A stretch of DNA of 62,157 nt, filler included, from Rhabdomonas costata (taxonomy: Eukaryota), in assembly GCA_019059605.1 (NCBI GenBank). It is 32 parts of 32 records of this genome, joined end to end, with 100 filler letters (N's around TTAATTAATTAA, not from the genome) between each part and the next. Parts side by side here need not be neighbours in the genome. Positions count along the whole stretch, not along the records: positions 9,726 to 11,625 come from JAHMHO010008292.1; positions 11,726 to 13,569 come from JAHMHO010008293.1; positions 13,670 to 15,514 come from JAHMHO010008294.1; positions 15,615 to 17,459 come from JAHMHO010008295.1; positions 17,560 to 19,403 come from JAHMHO010008296.1; positions 19,504 to 21,346 come from JAHMHO010008297.1; positions 21,447 to 23,290 come from JAHMHO010008298.1; positions 23,391 to 25,234 come from JAHMHO010008299.1; 24 more parts are not named here. One strand, written 5' to 3'. A program made the translations under genes and the position numbers. Each line of letters opens with the position of its first letter. Position 1 is the stretch's first letter. Shown here one piece after another: positions 10,290 to 23,452 of this stretch. The notes beneath the pieces are model-generated. The model saw only the letters and a list, made by a program, of their open reading frames with translations, did no database searches and was not told the DNA's origin.

Positions 10290-11547
10290 AGGTGCACAGG
10301 CCGCTGCCCATGCTGCCGCTGTCGCACTGACCGTTGCCGGAGCAGTCGCCCTGATCGGTGTGGCCCGGGCACAAGCGGTCGCAGCTTGAGCCGAAGTAGC
10401 CCGAATCGCTAAAAGCAAATCACGGAGAAAGTATTTTTATATGCGTATGCATGGCTTAGCTTCTTTGTGAAGTGAGCTTTTTTGCGTGAAACCTTAACCT
10501 TTTTCGCACTGCAGACGATCAAAATTGGTGTTGGAGGGCAGCCTCCAAAATTGTTGAGGGGCAACCTCCCGTCTCCTCGCCCACACAATATGAAGGGTTC
10601 CCGTCAACTATCAGCACATACAGGCATCACCCACAACCTCCCCACAACGAACCGGTCAAAGATGGGGCAGAGCTGTCTGCGGGGTGGGATGAGGGCACGA
10701 AGAGGAAGAGAGCCAAACAGCACACCAGGTGCAGTTCCCGGTTCCCGAGGCCCCTTCGTCACATGTGCCGTGCGAGGAGCACGTGCAGGGCAGCCCGCAG
10801 TCCGGGCCGTAGTACCCGGCATAGCATACGCACAGCGTGCCGACGCACAGGCCGTGGTCCGGGCCACTGCATGGGAGTCCCTGGCCGGGGCACCGGTTCT
10901 GGCATGTCGCGCCGCTGAAGCCGTAGTCGCACGTACAGTTGCCGGCACCGTCCGCGCCATCGTCGCAGGTCCCGTGCCCGGCACAGACTTGCTTCCCGTC
11001 ACTGAGGAAAACCCCCGCGAAACACCGCGTTCAAGGAGAGGCAGCCAGGGTGGTACAGCTCCAACACAAGTGCACCCCGACGAATCCCTCCTTACAAAGC
11101 AATCGTAAGCATCTGTGGCTTTATTCAGAACTTCCTCGTCCGCCGATGCCCACAACTATGCACGTACTCATAGGGGAAGAGGGGAAGAAACGAGTGGGTG
11201 AACCTGTTCTTGACTTTGGCCATTGATACACAGTAATTGGTCATATGGTCAAAAACATAGCAGCGAAACCGCGCCGTAGATGCAAGTGAAAATAAGGATG
11301 GACCCCCCTCCCCACAAAAAAAGGCCACGGGCATCCAAATATACCCGGGGCAGGCCATCCCGCAGTCTTCGCCGAAGAAGCCCGGCTTGCAAGTGCACTT
11401 CCCGGTTCCCGAGGAGCCATGTGAGCAGGTGCCATTGCCGTGACAGGCGGGGCTTCCGCCGGGGCACACCCGATCGCAGTACGTTCCCCAGACCACAGGC
11501 GAGCTGTGGGCACACAACAGAAAAGAGAGCAGCAGAATTGTTGGCAA
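10290..11547 (-). CDS. EGF-like repeat surface protein, partial (exons about 11547-11345, 11001-10726, 10408-10290)
   Basis: Repeated C-x-G-[HN]-G-x-C-D-x-G-x2-G-x-G-x-C-x-C-x2-G-[FY]-x-G-x2-C units, with in-frame GT-AG junctions. The start is undefined because the ORF-track start is TTG. Confidence 0.9.
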
Positions 11548-11851
11548 CCTTTAGATGGAATACAAGCAAACACACAGAGAGTACGTGTTTGCGCGTGGGT
11601 GGATTCTACCAAGTGCCTCCCCACCNNNNNNNNNNNNNNNNNNNNNNNNNNNNNNNNNNNNNNNNNNNNTTAATTAATTAANNNNNNNNNNNNNNNNNNN
11701 NNNNNNNNNNNNNNNNNNNNNNNNNTTTTGGTGGTTTTGACCTAAGCAATTGCTGAGCAAAGTGGCGGCATCCATTGCGCCATTCAAGGCGATTTTGACC
11801 CAACTAGAGGTGAGCTTGCACCAGGTTTGGCAGTTCTTTTCTTTTCGTTAG

Positions 11852-12745
11852 GTGCAGTTCACGGTTTCCGTCAACGACACCTACCGGGTGTGTGTGAAGT
11901 TCCGCGCGGACTGGGAGAGCCTCGACAAGCATCTTACAGTGTTGCCTGCCGAGACCACCGGTTTGTCTTTGTGAGGTGGGGTTGGTGCTGTGGTATATTG
12001 TCTGCGTCGACCCTCGCCCTTCAGCTCACCAAACTGGCATAGGAATGGCCTCATCCCTGTGCGGTTTCAACTTGGCTGATATTTTCATACTCCCCCCCCT
12101 CCAATGTGATAATGGAGTTGTGGTTGTGGTTGTGACCTGGCTTCCGTTATCTTTTTTGACCTCCTGTGTGAATTGCGTGAGTACCTGTGAGGTGGTTGTC
12201 GGTTGTCTCCTGCAGGGCTTTTCCACGGCCACAGCAACTGCGATGGAGTAGCGCAGTTCAACCCCACCATTTGTGGGTGCTGGTACGGCTCCGGAGGAGC
12301 CTCGGTGCAGATGCCCAGCTCCTTCCCCATCCAACAGCTGGACGCTGCCGGGCCTCCGCAACAGAAGTATGGCTCCGTTTTCTTCCCGTTTCCTTCGGAA
12401 AACATGCACACCAAACTGGGCACGCAGAGGAGGACTTTTCATACGTATGTGTGTGCGGGGAGTCTCCTCCGGACTGGCCCCTGTGGACTGGGGTCGGCTC
12501 AGAAATTTTAGGGTGGAAGACAGAGCGGAAAGTTGGTTCAAACGTCGGTACTTATCCCCTTTACCTTTGGGCTGCTCTTGTTGCACACCGGATAACCACA
12601 AAAAAAAAGGCTGCTTGCTGATGCGAAAGCTACGCCTAGTCTTCGTATCAGTGTCGTGTGATTGCAAATGTGGCATATGGTGCATGCTCCTTCGCATGCA
12701 GGGTTCTCAACTTCCTGTGCTGCGCCAGCACAGGCTACCCGCGAG
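11852..12745 (+). CDS. Hypothetical Cys-containing protein, three probable exons
   Basis: AG/GT-bounded GC-rich segments reading VQFTVSVNDTYRVCVKFRADW..., GLFHGHSNCDGVAQFNPTICGCWYG... and VLNFLCCASTGYP. Confidence 0.5.
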
Positions 12746-15700
12746 TGAGCGGTGGGGTCAGCCGCGGAGGTGCGGCCTGGGGTTACTGTACTTTTTCGTG
12801 AACTGTGGCTTCCCTGATGTTGTCATGTTTTCATGGAAGGTCTCGTATGGTTTCTGTACCGTGTAACATGTACTGTTGTATGTCAGTACAGTGATTGCTT
12901 CGACCGTCTTATTTTTGCTGTCGTTATTCCCCGAAATTTTTGGATATCCCGCGGGTTTGTATCCTCGGTTGAAAAAACGAGTTAATACATTATAGACAGC
13001 AACATCGGGACATGGCGTTTATTTTTGGCAATACACGATTCCTGTTTGCAGCAGATACCTTGCGTTTGCCTTCTTTCGATATGTAACTGGATTTCGCCGT
13101 AAAGGCCCCAAGTATCCGCCGCTGTCTTCATCCACCTGGAGCCGTTCTTTAAAGTCACGGCACTGATCCCAGTAACACACTTCCAGTGCACAATTCCAGT
13201 TACCAAAGAAAGGCTTTTGAGAACGCTGAAGCGTTGGCTTTTTAGACGCAATTTGGTTTCACAAACGCTCCGTAATGATCAAGGCGTGCAACGGCAAGAG
13301 GGTGAACATACAGAACTGGCTACAACCCGATCAATTGGGAACCAGATTTGCAGGGCTGCTGCTGGCAGCGCCGGCCGTCGGGCCGCACAGGTTGAAGTAA
13401 CACGGAACACGCCCTCAAGATCGACATTCCTGCCTGTTACTAAGTTTATCCCTTTTTGTTATAGCCGCGGCAAACCGCGAAACATTATTATCATTATTAT
13501 TATCCTCATACGTCTGGGTCATCCTGCTCCCGGCATTGGAATGGCCCTGTCGAGCAATTACCAAAACAANNNNNNNNNNNNNNNNNNNNNNNNNNNNNNN
13601 NNNNNNNNNNNNNTTAATTAATTAANNNNNNNNNNNNNNNNNNNNNNNNNNNNNNNNNNNNNNNNNNNNTTTTTGGGTTACGTTCTGAGCTGCTATTTTA
13701 CATTCTACGATGCACTTGAAATGGACTCCTTAACATCTGGAGCGAACGTAAGCCAAAAACCATCGCAGAATAAGGAATCAATGTAGACGCCTCCAGTATT
13801 CAATATATCCAACATTTTTATGAAAATGGACGTCAATGCATGTACAGCAGGAAAGTGCATTCGTAAACGGTTTACGCGATTAACAAGCGAAAACATATGC
13901 GACATACTGAGGGTCACGACAAATAGCATATGTGCAAGTGAAAACAACCAGTAATACCAGAAGCTTAAGTGGAATGATAAACTGCTTTAAAGTGCGCCAT
14001 AAAGTACGCTGCGTGGGTTGAATAAGCTCCCTTGGCAAATGACATTAAAAATTGATACGAAGAAAAGAGCGAATGATGAAAAGTGATTTCAAGGTCCGGC
14101 TCGCAACCCCACCACTTATGTCTAACACGGTGTCTGCCTCTGGTTCCACTTGCAGCGGTGTTTAGAAGCCTTATCCAGATTATACTTTTGAAACGTTAGT
14201 GATACAAACGGTACGCATTCCGGCGCATCTGAGAGCTGTTGTGCTATCCAACAATGTCTAACTGAGACAATGAAAGAGATGCATTGCAAAAATCATTTTG
14301 TTACGAGCACAATAAATGCAACTGAAATCACTAAAAGAATGGTCATGTGAAAAGTTCTCCTGCACGAAGCTTGGTAGCGCAAATCGCCATAACATCTTGA
14401 AAGCATATTATTAAGCCCTCCCGAAAAAATACGCATTGCATCACCGTCTGAGCCAAATTTATTCAACAAAATTTCTGCGCAAGTGATGCGGTTGACCGTC
14501 ACAGTCCACCAAGATGGACTCTATCTGTTGCAGAGGAGGAGCGAGATGAGAGGGAGAGGTGGGACACAATGTGCATCCACGCGCAAACAAGATCCACCTG
14601 TCATAATCGGAGAGAGAGAGTAAACGAGAGACGGAATAATTCCCCTCTTCCGAAGGCTTCCCCCAGGCAAATCAGATCGGGTTCGACAGAACCGGATCAC
14701 AGTCGGCCCTACCGTAACACCTGGTAGCCGAGGGTAAAATCCGGTGGTGTTTTTGCTTTTTGCCCTCGTCTTCAGTTGTTGGTTTGAATTTCCTTGCGGA
14801 AAAATTTCTCATTTGCATCACATTGCCAATTTGTTTTCAGTGTCAGCCGTTGTTTTGATTTATTGGTGTTTAAAAAGAGGTTAAAGTAACAATTTGGGAA
14901 GCGGAAGTGGAGAGACAACAAATCCTCCAATGAGAAAACGCCGACAACATTACTTGGACTGACCCCCACAAAAGAAAACGTTTTTGAGCGAGTGCGGCAA
15001 GCGCGTTCAGGACTGAAAAGAATAGGGCCAAAATTGCGCTGACTAACCGACAGGAGACAAGAGTCAAAATCAATACCTCCCACGTCGAATTAAACATACA
15101 CCAGCGAAAGAGGCGGTTGTTTTATCTCATATTTTTCGTCTCTCACTTGTTCGCTTGCATTGTTTCTCCACGTTTGTAAGTCGCATCGGCACATCGCAAA
15201 ACATAGTTGAATAAAAGCAGAGTTGGCACAGTTTTATATTTGTCTAGACGCGTACGCAATTTATCGAATCAACTCCATAACAATGTCTCCATAGGACGTT
15301 CAAACTCTCCTCCGAGGCCAATTCCTTGGAGACGATAAATGCCCATAAACGGAAATTTCAATCAGCACTCCTCGGATTTGCTGAAGCATTCTCGGAGTCG
15401 AGAACAGGCGGACCGAAGCCGAAAAGTGAAAGATCAGCTGATGGCGTTGAAAAAGATACACACTTTCTTGAGTGGGTGGTGGCATCAAATCAAGCAGACC
15501 AACCACCCAACACANNNNNNNNNNNNNNNNNNNNNNNNNNNNNNNNNNNNNNNNNNNNTTAATTAATTAANNNNNNNNNNNNNNNNNNNNNNNNNNNNNN
15601 NNNNNNNNNNNNNNTGTTGTGGGGAACTGAGCGGGGAGGGAATATTTCATCCAAAGTTCTCTTTTGTATTCCTGGTGTTGTGACTGAAAACGGTAAGCTC

Positions 15701-15992
15701 GGCATTACGGCTGCGCAGTAATGGAGGAACCTGTGGCTAAACAAGCCATGCCCGCGGCCAAAAAAGGGCACAAAAAGACCCCCCGCGAGTGAGAGATTTG
15801 GGAACGCCCCTCTGAGGTAGGAGAGCTGATGGGTACAGGGAAACAGGAAAAGCACAGATATTGTTTGGCAGATTCTCCGCACAGAGTGCAAACCCGACCG
15901 CCCACCCGGGACTCGCGGTCACAGCAAAGAGAGCGGTGCAACCCCCCTTTCATCCACAGCTCAATCAAACCTTTGCCGAGGGAACGTCCATA

Positions 15993-17044
15993 CAGCCGAT
16001 AGCGTCGTCCTCGGGGGTCACCCTCTGCCCTCCCAGCCCAGCCTCCAGGAGAATGTGCACCCCTACGCAATGGGACAGAGGAACACACCCATGCACCACA
16101 TGCACCACGTACCCTTGAGGTTTCTTCCACATCAACAAACCCGAAACCCGGTCTGGGTTTGTCTCGTCCCCACCCCTCCCGCTGTTCACTTATGCGTAGC
16201 GGGGCTGTTCACGCCGAGTGATTGCTTTCGAGTTTCCACAGCCGCAAGCGCGACTACGTAAAAAAAAAACAAAGGGGAATTCGAAAAAATGACCACACTC
16301 AGCATGCAGGTCCCAACGAAACAACAAAACAAACAGCCAAATGAACGAACGAAGGCGTCTTTTCAGACACCCACAAGGTCCTAGATTTTAGGCGGATGGC
16401 AGCAGGCCACCACATTCAAAGGCCCACCAATTCCAACCTCTTGGGGGGTACGAGGACTAGTCCGAAGAAACGTTCCAAAGAATTGCCGACCACGCATGCC
16501 TGTGGTGTAGCGCTGGAGCTTGAGCTCCACTAGGGCGGCCTCCCTGAGCTCCGTCACCGTGGCCTGGACCCGGGCCTGGGCCTCGGGACGGAGCAGCTCG
16601 TGGAGGTACCGGTCCGTGATGTTGAAGTAGGGCGAGGACAGCGTCAGTGCATCTTCTGCGTGTGTGTATGTGTGCGGACGGAAGGGGGAATCAAGTCAAG
16701 TCCCACAAACTGGTATATAAAAGACTCTCGTTTTTCAAAACCTGTGTGCGATTTCAACGTGACGGGGAGAGAGGGCTAAATAGGCATACTTAAATTCCAA
16801 AACGAATGCTACTGCCCCATGCAAGTCTGTACAAGGATTGCGGGTGGATGGCGTTTGAGCACATCTCTGGTGGAGAGGACGAAAAGGGAGCAGTAAATAG
16901 AGCATTAGATGTGGGGAGAGGGGGGGGGGCTGTGCTGCCTGGGTTGGCGGTGCAGTGGCGCAGCACAAGCTCGGTGACCTCCTCGTCGTGGTGCACCCCG
17001 GCGGAGCCCATCTGGATCGTTGGGAAGACCTGCGTCCGGAGGAA
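15993..17044 (-). CDS. PGS1: Phosphatidylglycerophosphate synthase (PLD-type CDP-DAG--glycerol-3-phosphate 3-phosphatidyltransferase), partial (exons 17044-16939, 16655-16500, 16062-about 15993)
   Basis: TQVFPTIQMGSAGVHHDEEVTELVL...ALTLSSPYFNITDRYLHELL matches the recalled PGS1 segment P.IQM....DE.VT..LL...L...YFNLT..Y. Confidence 0.8.
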
Positions 17045-17631
17045 CTGCACACTTGTTCACTCATTGCAAACCACCGCGGTGCGCCCATTCCCCCGTTCGG
17101 CAACTGAAAGCTGTTTCCTCAGCCCTTCTACCCTACCGGGCTTAGTGCGGTGCGAAGAAAAAGTCTCATGGGCTCCTGGGCCTTTGAATGTGCAGCTTCC
17201 TCAGGCTCGCGAGCCAGGAATCCAGGTTGGCTCACGTTGTTGCGCGCGTGATGATGCCCAAGCCTCGCTGGATACACTGGTGTCCATACCAGGGCAATGT
17301 GACCACTTCTTCAGCGGCAATGAGGTCATCATTTTGTGCAGCGAATGCTTCTTCCAAGGTCTTGATGATTGTTTCCTTCCCTACTGCTACTGTGCCAACC
17401 ACTGTATCCCGACTTCTTCTCTCCCTTTTGCCTCTTTATCCCCAACAAAACCACACAACNNNNNNNNNNNNNNNNNNNNNNNNNNNNNNNNNNNNNNNNN
17501 NNNTTAATTAATTAANNNNNNNNNNNNNNNNNNNNNNNNNNNNNNNNNNNNNNNNNNNNTTGTGGGTGGGGAGACGCACGTGTGGTGGCATAGTCGAAGA
17601 CAGAGGACAGAAGATAGGTGATAACCTTTGC

Positions 17632-18645
17632 CTGGCTCCATGGCCAAGCCCACAGCAGAGCAAGGCCGGTGCACATCAGCAGCCACAGCAGGCAGCCGAG
17701 GAAGGCAACCAGAACAAACGGTGGAGGAAGCGAGAGCTCCCTAAGCCAGTCCACCAGGGTCTGAACCAGCATCACATTGTCCCCAGAACCGCTCGACTCC
17801 TGCGGAAAACATTCCCACAAACCTCAAACTTTCATCGAACCACATACACATCATGCATGGACAAGGACATCACAAACATCAGCACAGGACCACATGAACA
17901 TGAATGGGAAATGCAAATTCGAGGTAGCAGAAGTGCAGCGGAAACTGCGGTGCACGTGGAGATGTTCCACTCAGCCGCTCGGGTCATGCAAGGTTGGAGA
18001 GGGAGAGAGACGTGACGCGTCATACACCGTTAGGCGACTGTTGAACAGCTAAAAGAGAGGTGCCCCAACCCCCAAATGCACATGTTGCCCAACGACCAAT
18101 CCAGCACCACGCTGGCAAGCATATGCTGGGTAATTTACAAATTTTGCACCCCTCCGGAAACCAAAACCATGCAACCCTGTGCTTCCCCATTTTGTATGCA
18201 GCGTCCCCGACACCAACTCCACGCCGAACCAAATAGCGCCCTGCCCACCAACTACGATATACCTGCTCTGCAGTAGTCACCAACCACAATTCCACCTCAC
18301 GAAGCAACACCACCAACCCCTGAAGTGCACCTCCTCAACCACCAATGCCCCCACAACGAAACGAGACACAGAACCGTAACAGAAACCGAAACCACGAGCC
18401 AACTGGAAAAACGAAGCCACGCCCCCACTCCCCGCTTGGTCCGAACCTTTACCGCCGCAGCCTCGGAACACCACGCCCCGCAGTTCACAGAGGTGCAGTG
18501 TTCCAGCCGCAGCCCAACGCACCCCACGGCCTCCACGGCAGCCGGCCGGGGCCTTCGGTACCACCACGGGCAGCGTGAGTTGTGCAGGGTGAGGTGGGTG
18601 AGGGTCAGCCCCTTCACGCCGTGCAGGATCACTGGGGCACTCTGC
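17632..18645 (-). CDS. Hypothetical membrane protein, several exons
   Basis: AG/GT-bounded segments SAPVILHGVKGLTLTHLTLHNS...LRLEHCTSVNCG, GLVVLLREVELWLVTTAEQ and a TM exon (FVLVAFLGCLLWLLMCTGLALLWAW). Confidence 0.45.
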
Positions 18646-21600
18646 ACAGGCGAAAGGAAGCCACGAAAAGTCGCTTTTTGCATCGAGCAAGCCAAGACGC
18701 GTCACCTCAGCTCAAGGCTAATGGGAGGCGATGCAGAGCAGCCCAGAGCGTGAGTCTGGGATGCTTTGATGTGTGCGACAGTTGGATCAAAGCAGCTTGC
18801 GAGCAAAGAGCAACCGCGAGCAAAGAGCTGAGGAGCTGTGAGTTGTGCGGGGAACAAGTTAGCTCAAAAATGCCACAGACGAACATGCACAACATTTGGA
18901 AACCGTTGCGATGGACCCCCAAGCTAGGCACTTAGCGGGAAAACCTGGGAATGTTTTTGTCGATCCGCCCATCTACATGCCAGTCATCACATAGCGTGCG
19001 CCTCAACTTCCAAGAAAAGTCAGAGTAGCAACGAACTGGAGGGGTGCGAGCTACAAGGTGAGCCATAGACGCTTGCTGTGCAAGTTGCGCTTTGATGGGG
19101 CCCAAGCCCCGATCTCTTTAGCAAAGGTAAGCGTATGCAATGGTTTCCACTGTCCCTACGTCAAAGAAGATAAACTGCTTCTCCACTGCTAACACCAACT
19201 GGATCCTTCTATAACCCGCTCTCAACCGGATTTGGGCAGAAGGAAGTGCTGATCATCGAGATAATAATGGTGTGCAAGTAGTGCAATTCTGGTCCTCTTG
19301 ATTTGCGTTTCTGACCATTTCTGACAGGAAGTCATGAGGACGGGTTTTCCAAAGAAAGTCTCCACTTGACTTCGTCGAACTGCATCTCTACCTCCAACAC
19401 CCCNNNNNNNNNNNNNNNNNNNNNNNNNNNNNNNNNNNNNNNNNNNNTTAATTAATTAANNNNNNNNNNNNNNNNNNNNNNNNNNNNNNNNNNNNNNNNN
19501 NNNGTTGTGTTGGTTGATGCCTTGCCACGGACGGGCTCCTCTGAGCTTTCCTGGGTTTTATCGAACAGCTCTCTCTTTTCGCGTAATCCTCACCAAGTCA
19601 TCGCCTCTGTTAGCATTCCGTCGTGGCGATGTCAGCTCAATAGCCTTTACATAGCTGATAGTCCCTAAACCTTCAAGTCGGCTTTTGAGACCCTTTTAGA
19701 TGACTTGCCCTCACAACTTTCGGTTCATGAGTAGCGCAGGGTGGCGCATTTTCACACTGATGGACCACATGACTTGATGGGAACGTAGCCCACGCCCCTA
19801 TCTAAAGAAAATGCGCCTCCACCGCGGAGACAACCCAACATCACCTGAGCCGCTTTGAGGAGAGCACTGGGTCGCTTTTTGTTTTCAAGAATACACTTCT
19901 GTGAAGGAGCCCGTCCACAGATCGCGAGGAATTTTTACCGGTGTGGAGATGTTGACATTCGGTTCAGTTGCCAGCGCGCGTTTTCCTGACAGCTTCACAT
20001 CAGTTCGCTCCCCGTTCGGTTTCCTTTTGCTTTCGGCGTGTCAGATTGGCGGTGCTTCCTCTGCAATGCTTCTGCAGCAAGGTATGAGCATCGGCGTGGA
20101 CACGTTTGGCCGTTGGATTCGTGTGTTCGCTGGGTCTGTCTCCTTTTCTTGTTAACACATTGTTGCCGCACCTATCTCTGTGGTGACGAGGTTCAGCTTT
20201 GCAGTGAGTGTGAAAAAGGTGCCGACGTTTGCTGTGTTTTTAATTTAATTGGCTTGGAATAAAGAAACCCTTTTCCGCAACCGGCACCCGAAGGACTCCC
20301 TCCAGTGGGCTCTATTTTGCCATGGATCAAACGCTACCTAAGGGAGGAACAACCGAGCCACGGCAGAACTGCAGCGCTCGTCATCAAAAAGTGCACGGCG
20401 GTGTCTCTGATGCTTCTTCGCATCCTTCGAATTCTTGAGGGCACCACACAGCAGTGTCGCGGCATCGTTTCCCTTCCGAATCCGCAGATGGCCCGGCGCC
20501 AGTGCGGAAGAGGAAGCGGCCTCTGGGGCCTGAGGCCGGGGAGGACCCTGAAGTGCACTGCGAGGTGACCTCCGCAGCACCCCCTCCACCATTTCCTTGT
20601 CTGTCCCACACTCAGTGCTGTGGTGGGAGCCGCACCATTGAGACTCCGTAGAGTTAGGTTTCGAGGGCTTGCTTGTGACCGCAGGTGGCGGGGCTTGCCT
20701 AGCCAACCTCCGTACTGCTTGGTCTGGCAGACCGAGTTTCAACCAATTGGTAATCTAGTTGTTCGCTCCTTTGTGGAGTTTTTTTTTGCGTTGCACAGCT
20801 GCGCTGACGTTGTGGTATTGCACCCGAATTCTGTTTGCTCTGGGTGTCGGACTTGGGTGCGTAATTTTCAGTGGGGTAGTGTCGAATGACGGGCTGCTTG
20901 CGAGTTGTTCAGGTCTTCTCCAGATTTCTTAAGGATGAGATAAAACGTTCCGGCAATGCACAAAAATTGCTGCCGTACGAACGTTTGCTGTTGCCCGAAA
21001 ATCATTCTTCAAGGTCACTGCTACCCCGGTGCGACCGAGCAGACAAGGTCAGCGCATCCCCAGAATTACTTGTTTTTTCTTGCCGATGTCAAAGATTGCA
21101 TCGGCACCCCTTTCCTTTCTTCCTTATTTGTTTCCAGCTCTCCCTTTCGTTTGCGTCGAGACCCAAATGTGGGCAGATGAAGGATCGTTCCTGATACATT
21201 CCGCGCGGGCAGCTGTCCCCCGTAAGGCTCGCCGATTTCCCACCATCGCCTTCCTTTTATTCGCAACTTCTTGACCTTTCTCAGGTGCAGTTTTTTGCGC
21301 AGCTTTCTTTTCCGACACATTCTGACACTCTCCCAACCCACCACCCNNNNNNNNNNNNNNNNNNNNNNNNNNNNNNNNNNNNNNNNNNNNTTAATTAATT
21401 AANNNNNNNNNNNNNNNNNNNNNNNNNNNNNNNNNNNNNNNNNNNNTGTTGTTGGTAGCAACGCCGCCAGTAACCCGCAGGTATGTTAGTGGGGCTGTTG
21501 CCATCGGTGGACTGGGTGCCGAGTGAGGATGGCGCAGGATTGGTGGGGTTGAGAAGGGTGCTGGGAGAAGGGAACGACCTTCCGTGCCTGCACACTCACA

Positions 21601-21970
21601 CACAACACAAACACAAACACAAACACCTTGCCCACACTTCTGATTCGTTTGCATCACATCGCAGCGCCACGCCAGAGGAGGATTGTGTCCGAAACATCGG
21701 GACAGGGCTGAGTCCCTCCCCTGAAAATGGCAGCATCGCGAAGAAAAGGAGTGTGGCAGCAGCAGTGATAACCGTAGAGAGCCGTGAATGTGTGCTGTGT
21801 GGTATCTTTAGCTTTTTCGGTGCTGCGTGCTGAGATAGCCACTCTTCCTCCGAAACCACTTTCCCTTGTGTGCCTTACCCACGCAGGCTGCGAGCGTGAC
21901 GGCGACTCAGCTGGTATCTGCGTTTCTTTCCCATATCCTCCCTTTTTCCCTCCGACCTACTCGATGCATT

Positions 21971-22354
21971 GGGGGGTACGGTTTAACAACGTTATTGAAC
22001 GATTTAACGTTGTTAAACGGTGAGGGAAGATACTAGGAGTTATATTGCGGTCTCCTTTCTCGGGATTATGGTGGGTTGGAGGGCAGACTTCGGTGACTGC
22101 GCCGCGGCGTTCGACAGTTCCCACGAGTTTGCAAGTTAATGGAACTGATTTATTACAGGGGCGAAGAGGCCAGTGCCGCATTGGCAGTCCGCCGCACGGC
22201 CGTGCCGGGCGGCTGAGGCGGAACGTTGTATGGGGGAGTGGGGAATGCACACAAAAAGCGATATTTCTGCAGGCGGTTCTGGGTGGCTAGTTTCAGCCTA
22301 GTTAGCTTAGTTGCGTACCTCACTTAGCAATGTTAAATCGTTTAGCATCCCCCC
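21971..22354. mobile_element. Candidate MITE-like element with G6...C6 ends and palindromic TTAAC motifs
   Basis: GGGGGG start, 13-bp inverted repeat (21981-21993 / 22006-22018), AACGATTTAAC mirrored near the CCCCCC end, and a similar left end at 36061-36093. No clear TSD. Confidence 0.4.
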
Positions 22355-23452
22355 TAAAAAAACGCATCGAAAAACCCAGGCACGGATCCATTCTTCACAA
22401 ACCAATTGATTAGGACCAATTATTCACGTCTCTGTGTCCCGAATTGAGGTTCGACGCCAAGAGTTTTAAGCGTTTTCTTCGAATCTTTGTCCAATTTTAT
22501 TCGGTTGCTGCGTTTTTTTGGGGGGCTCTGATGGTGTGGGATGTCCCTATTTGCATGCGGTTCTCCGCGTATGCGGCCCCTTCCCTGTGTTCAGTGCGCG
22601 ATCTGCAAGGCCAATGCTGTGATCCCTGGGCGACACCGTTGCCAGGTATGCACTACATGCTCCTGACTCGATCTCAACGCAAAGTGTTGTTACCCCCCTG
22701 CTGACTTTATGGTGAGGTTTTTAAGCACTCCCAAATTGTGGTGTGATGCTCCCTGGTTATATTTCCGTGCTTGGTGCCTGGTAGAGATAGCTTTAGCGGG
22801 AGCCACCACACACACACACGCACACGCACACACACACACTGTTGTCGAAAAATCGACAAGAGCAAAACCAGGGGAACAACAAAAAACGGACCAGGTGCAC
22901 AACCTGTGTGAAGACAACGCAGGCTTGGTTTTTGTCCGTCCTTGACTAGTGCGAAGATATAAGGCGCACGAAAAGAAACCATCATCCGGCAAGGGCATCC
23001 GCCACGCACACACTTACACACTTGAGCATCACTTCAGCAGGAAATTTGCAAACAAGTAACCGCACAGGAAAACATCGAATTCGGGGTTGTGCACAGCAGT
23101 CAGCAAACGGATGGGCAAAGAAAGGAGATAGGAGAGCGCATCCACAACCCCCCAAACACACCCCAAAACCAAGACCGAAACACGCAATACCAAAAATGCG
23201 TGGCAAATGCAACTTGGCAGTCCAATGACAAAAGCCATGGCAATTTCCCACCGTAGTTGCGCGTTTTTTTCGAATACCTTAATAGTTCTTNNNNNNNNNN
23301 NNNNNNNNNNNNNNNNNNNNNNNNNNNNNNNNNNTTAATTAATTAANNNNNNNNNNNNNNNNNNNNNNNNNNNNNNNNNNNNNNNNNNNNTGTGGGCAGG
23401 GGTTTACGGTGGGCCGGGACACCGAGCAGAGGGACCAGATCCCTCGGCCCAC

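Noticed and set aside
9670..10418. ORFs with (TH)n/(CV)n runs that look like metal-binding proteins
   Set aside because: These are translations of (GT)n microsatellites in introns.
7781..11625. TM-ART gene next to an EGF-repeat gene on the same strand, as if one receptor
   Set aside because: They are on different contigs separated by an artificial spacer, so the adjacency is meaningless.
17133..17183. Another possible GC donor (AAAG|GCCCAG) in PGS1
   Set aside because: An in-frame GT donor (CCG|GTAGGG) exists 45 nt downstream, so it is not evidence for GC splicing.
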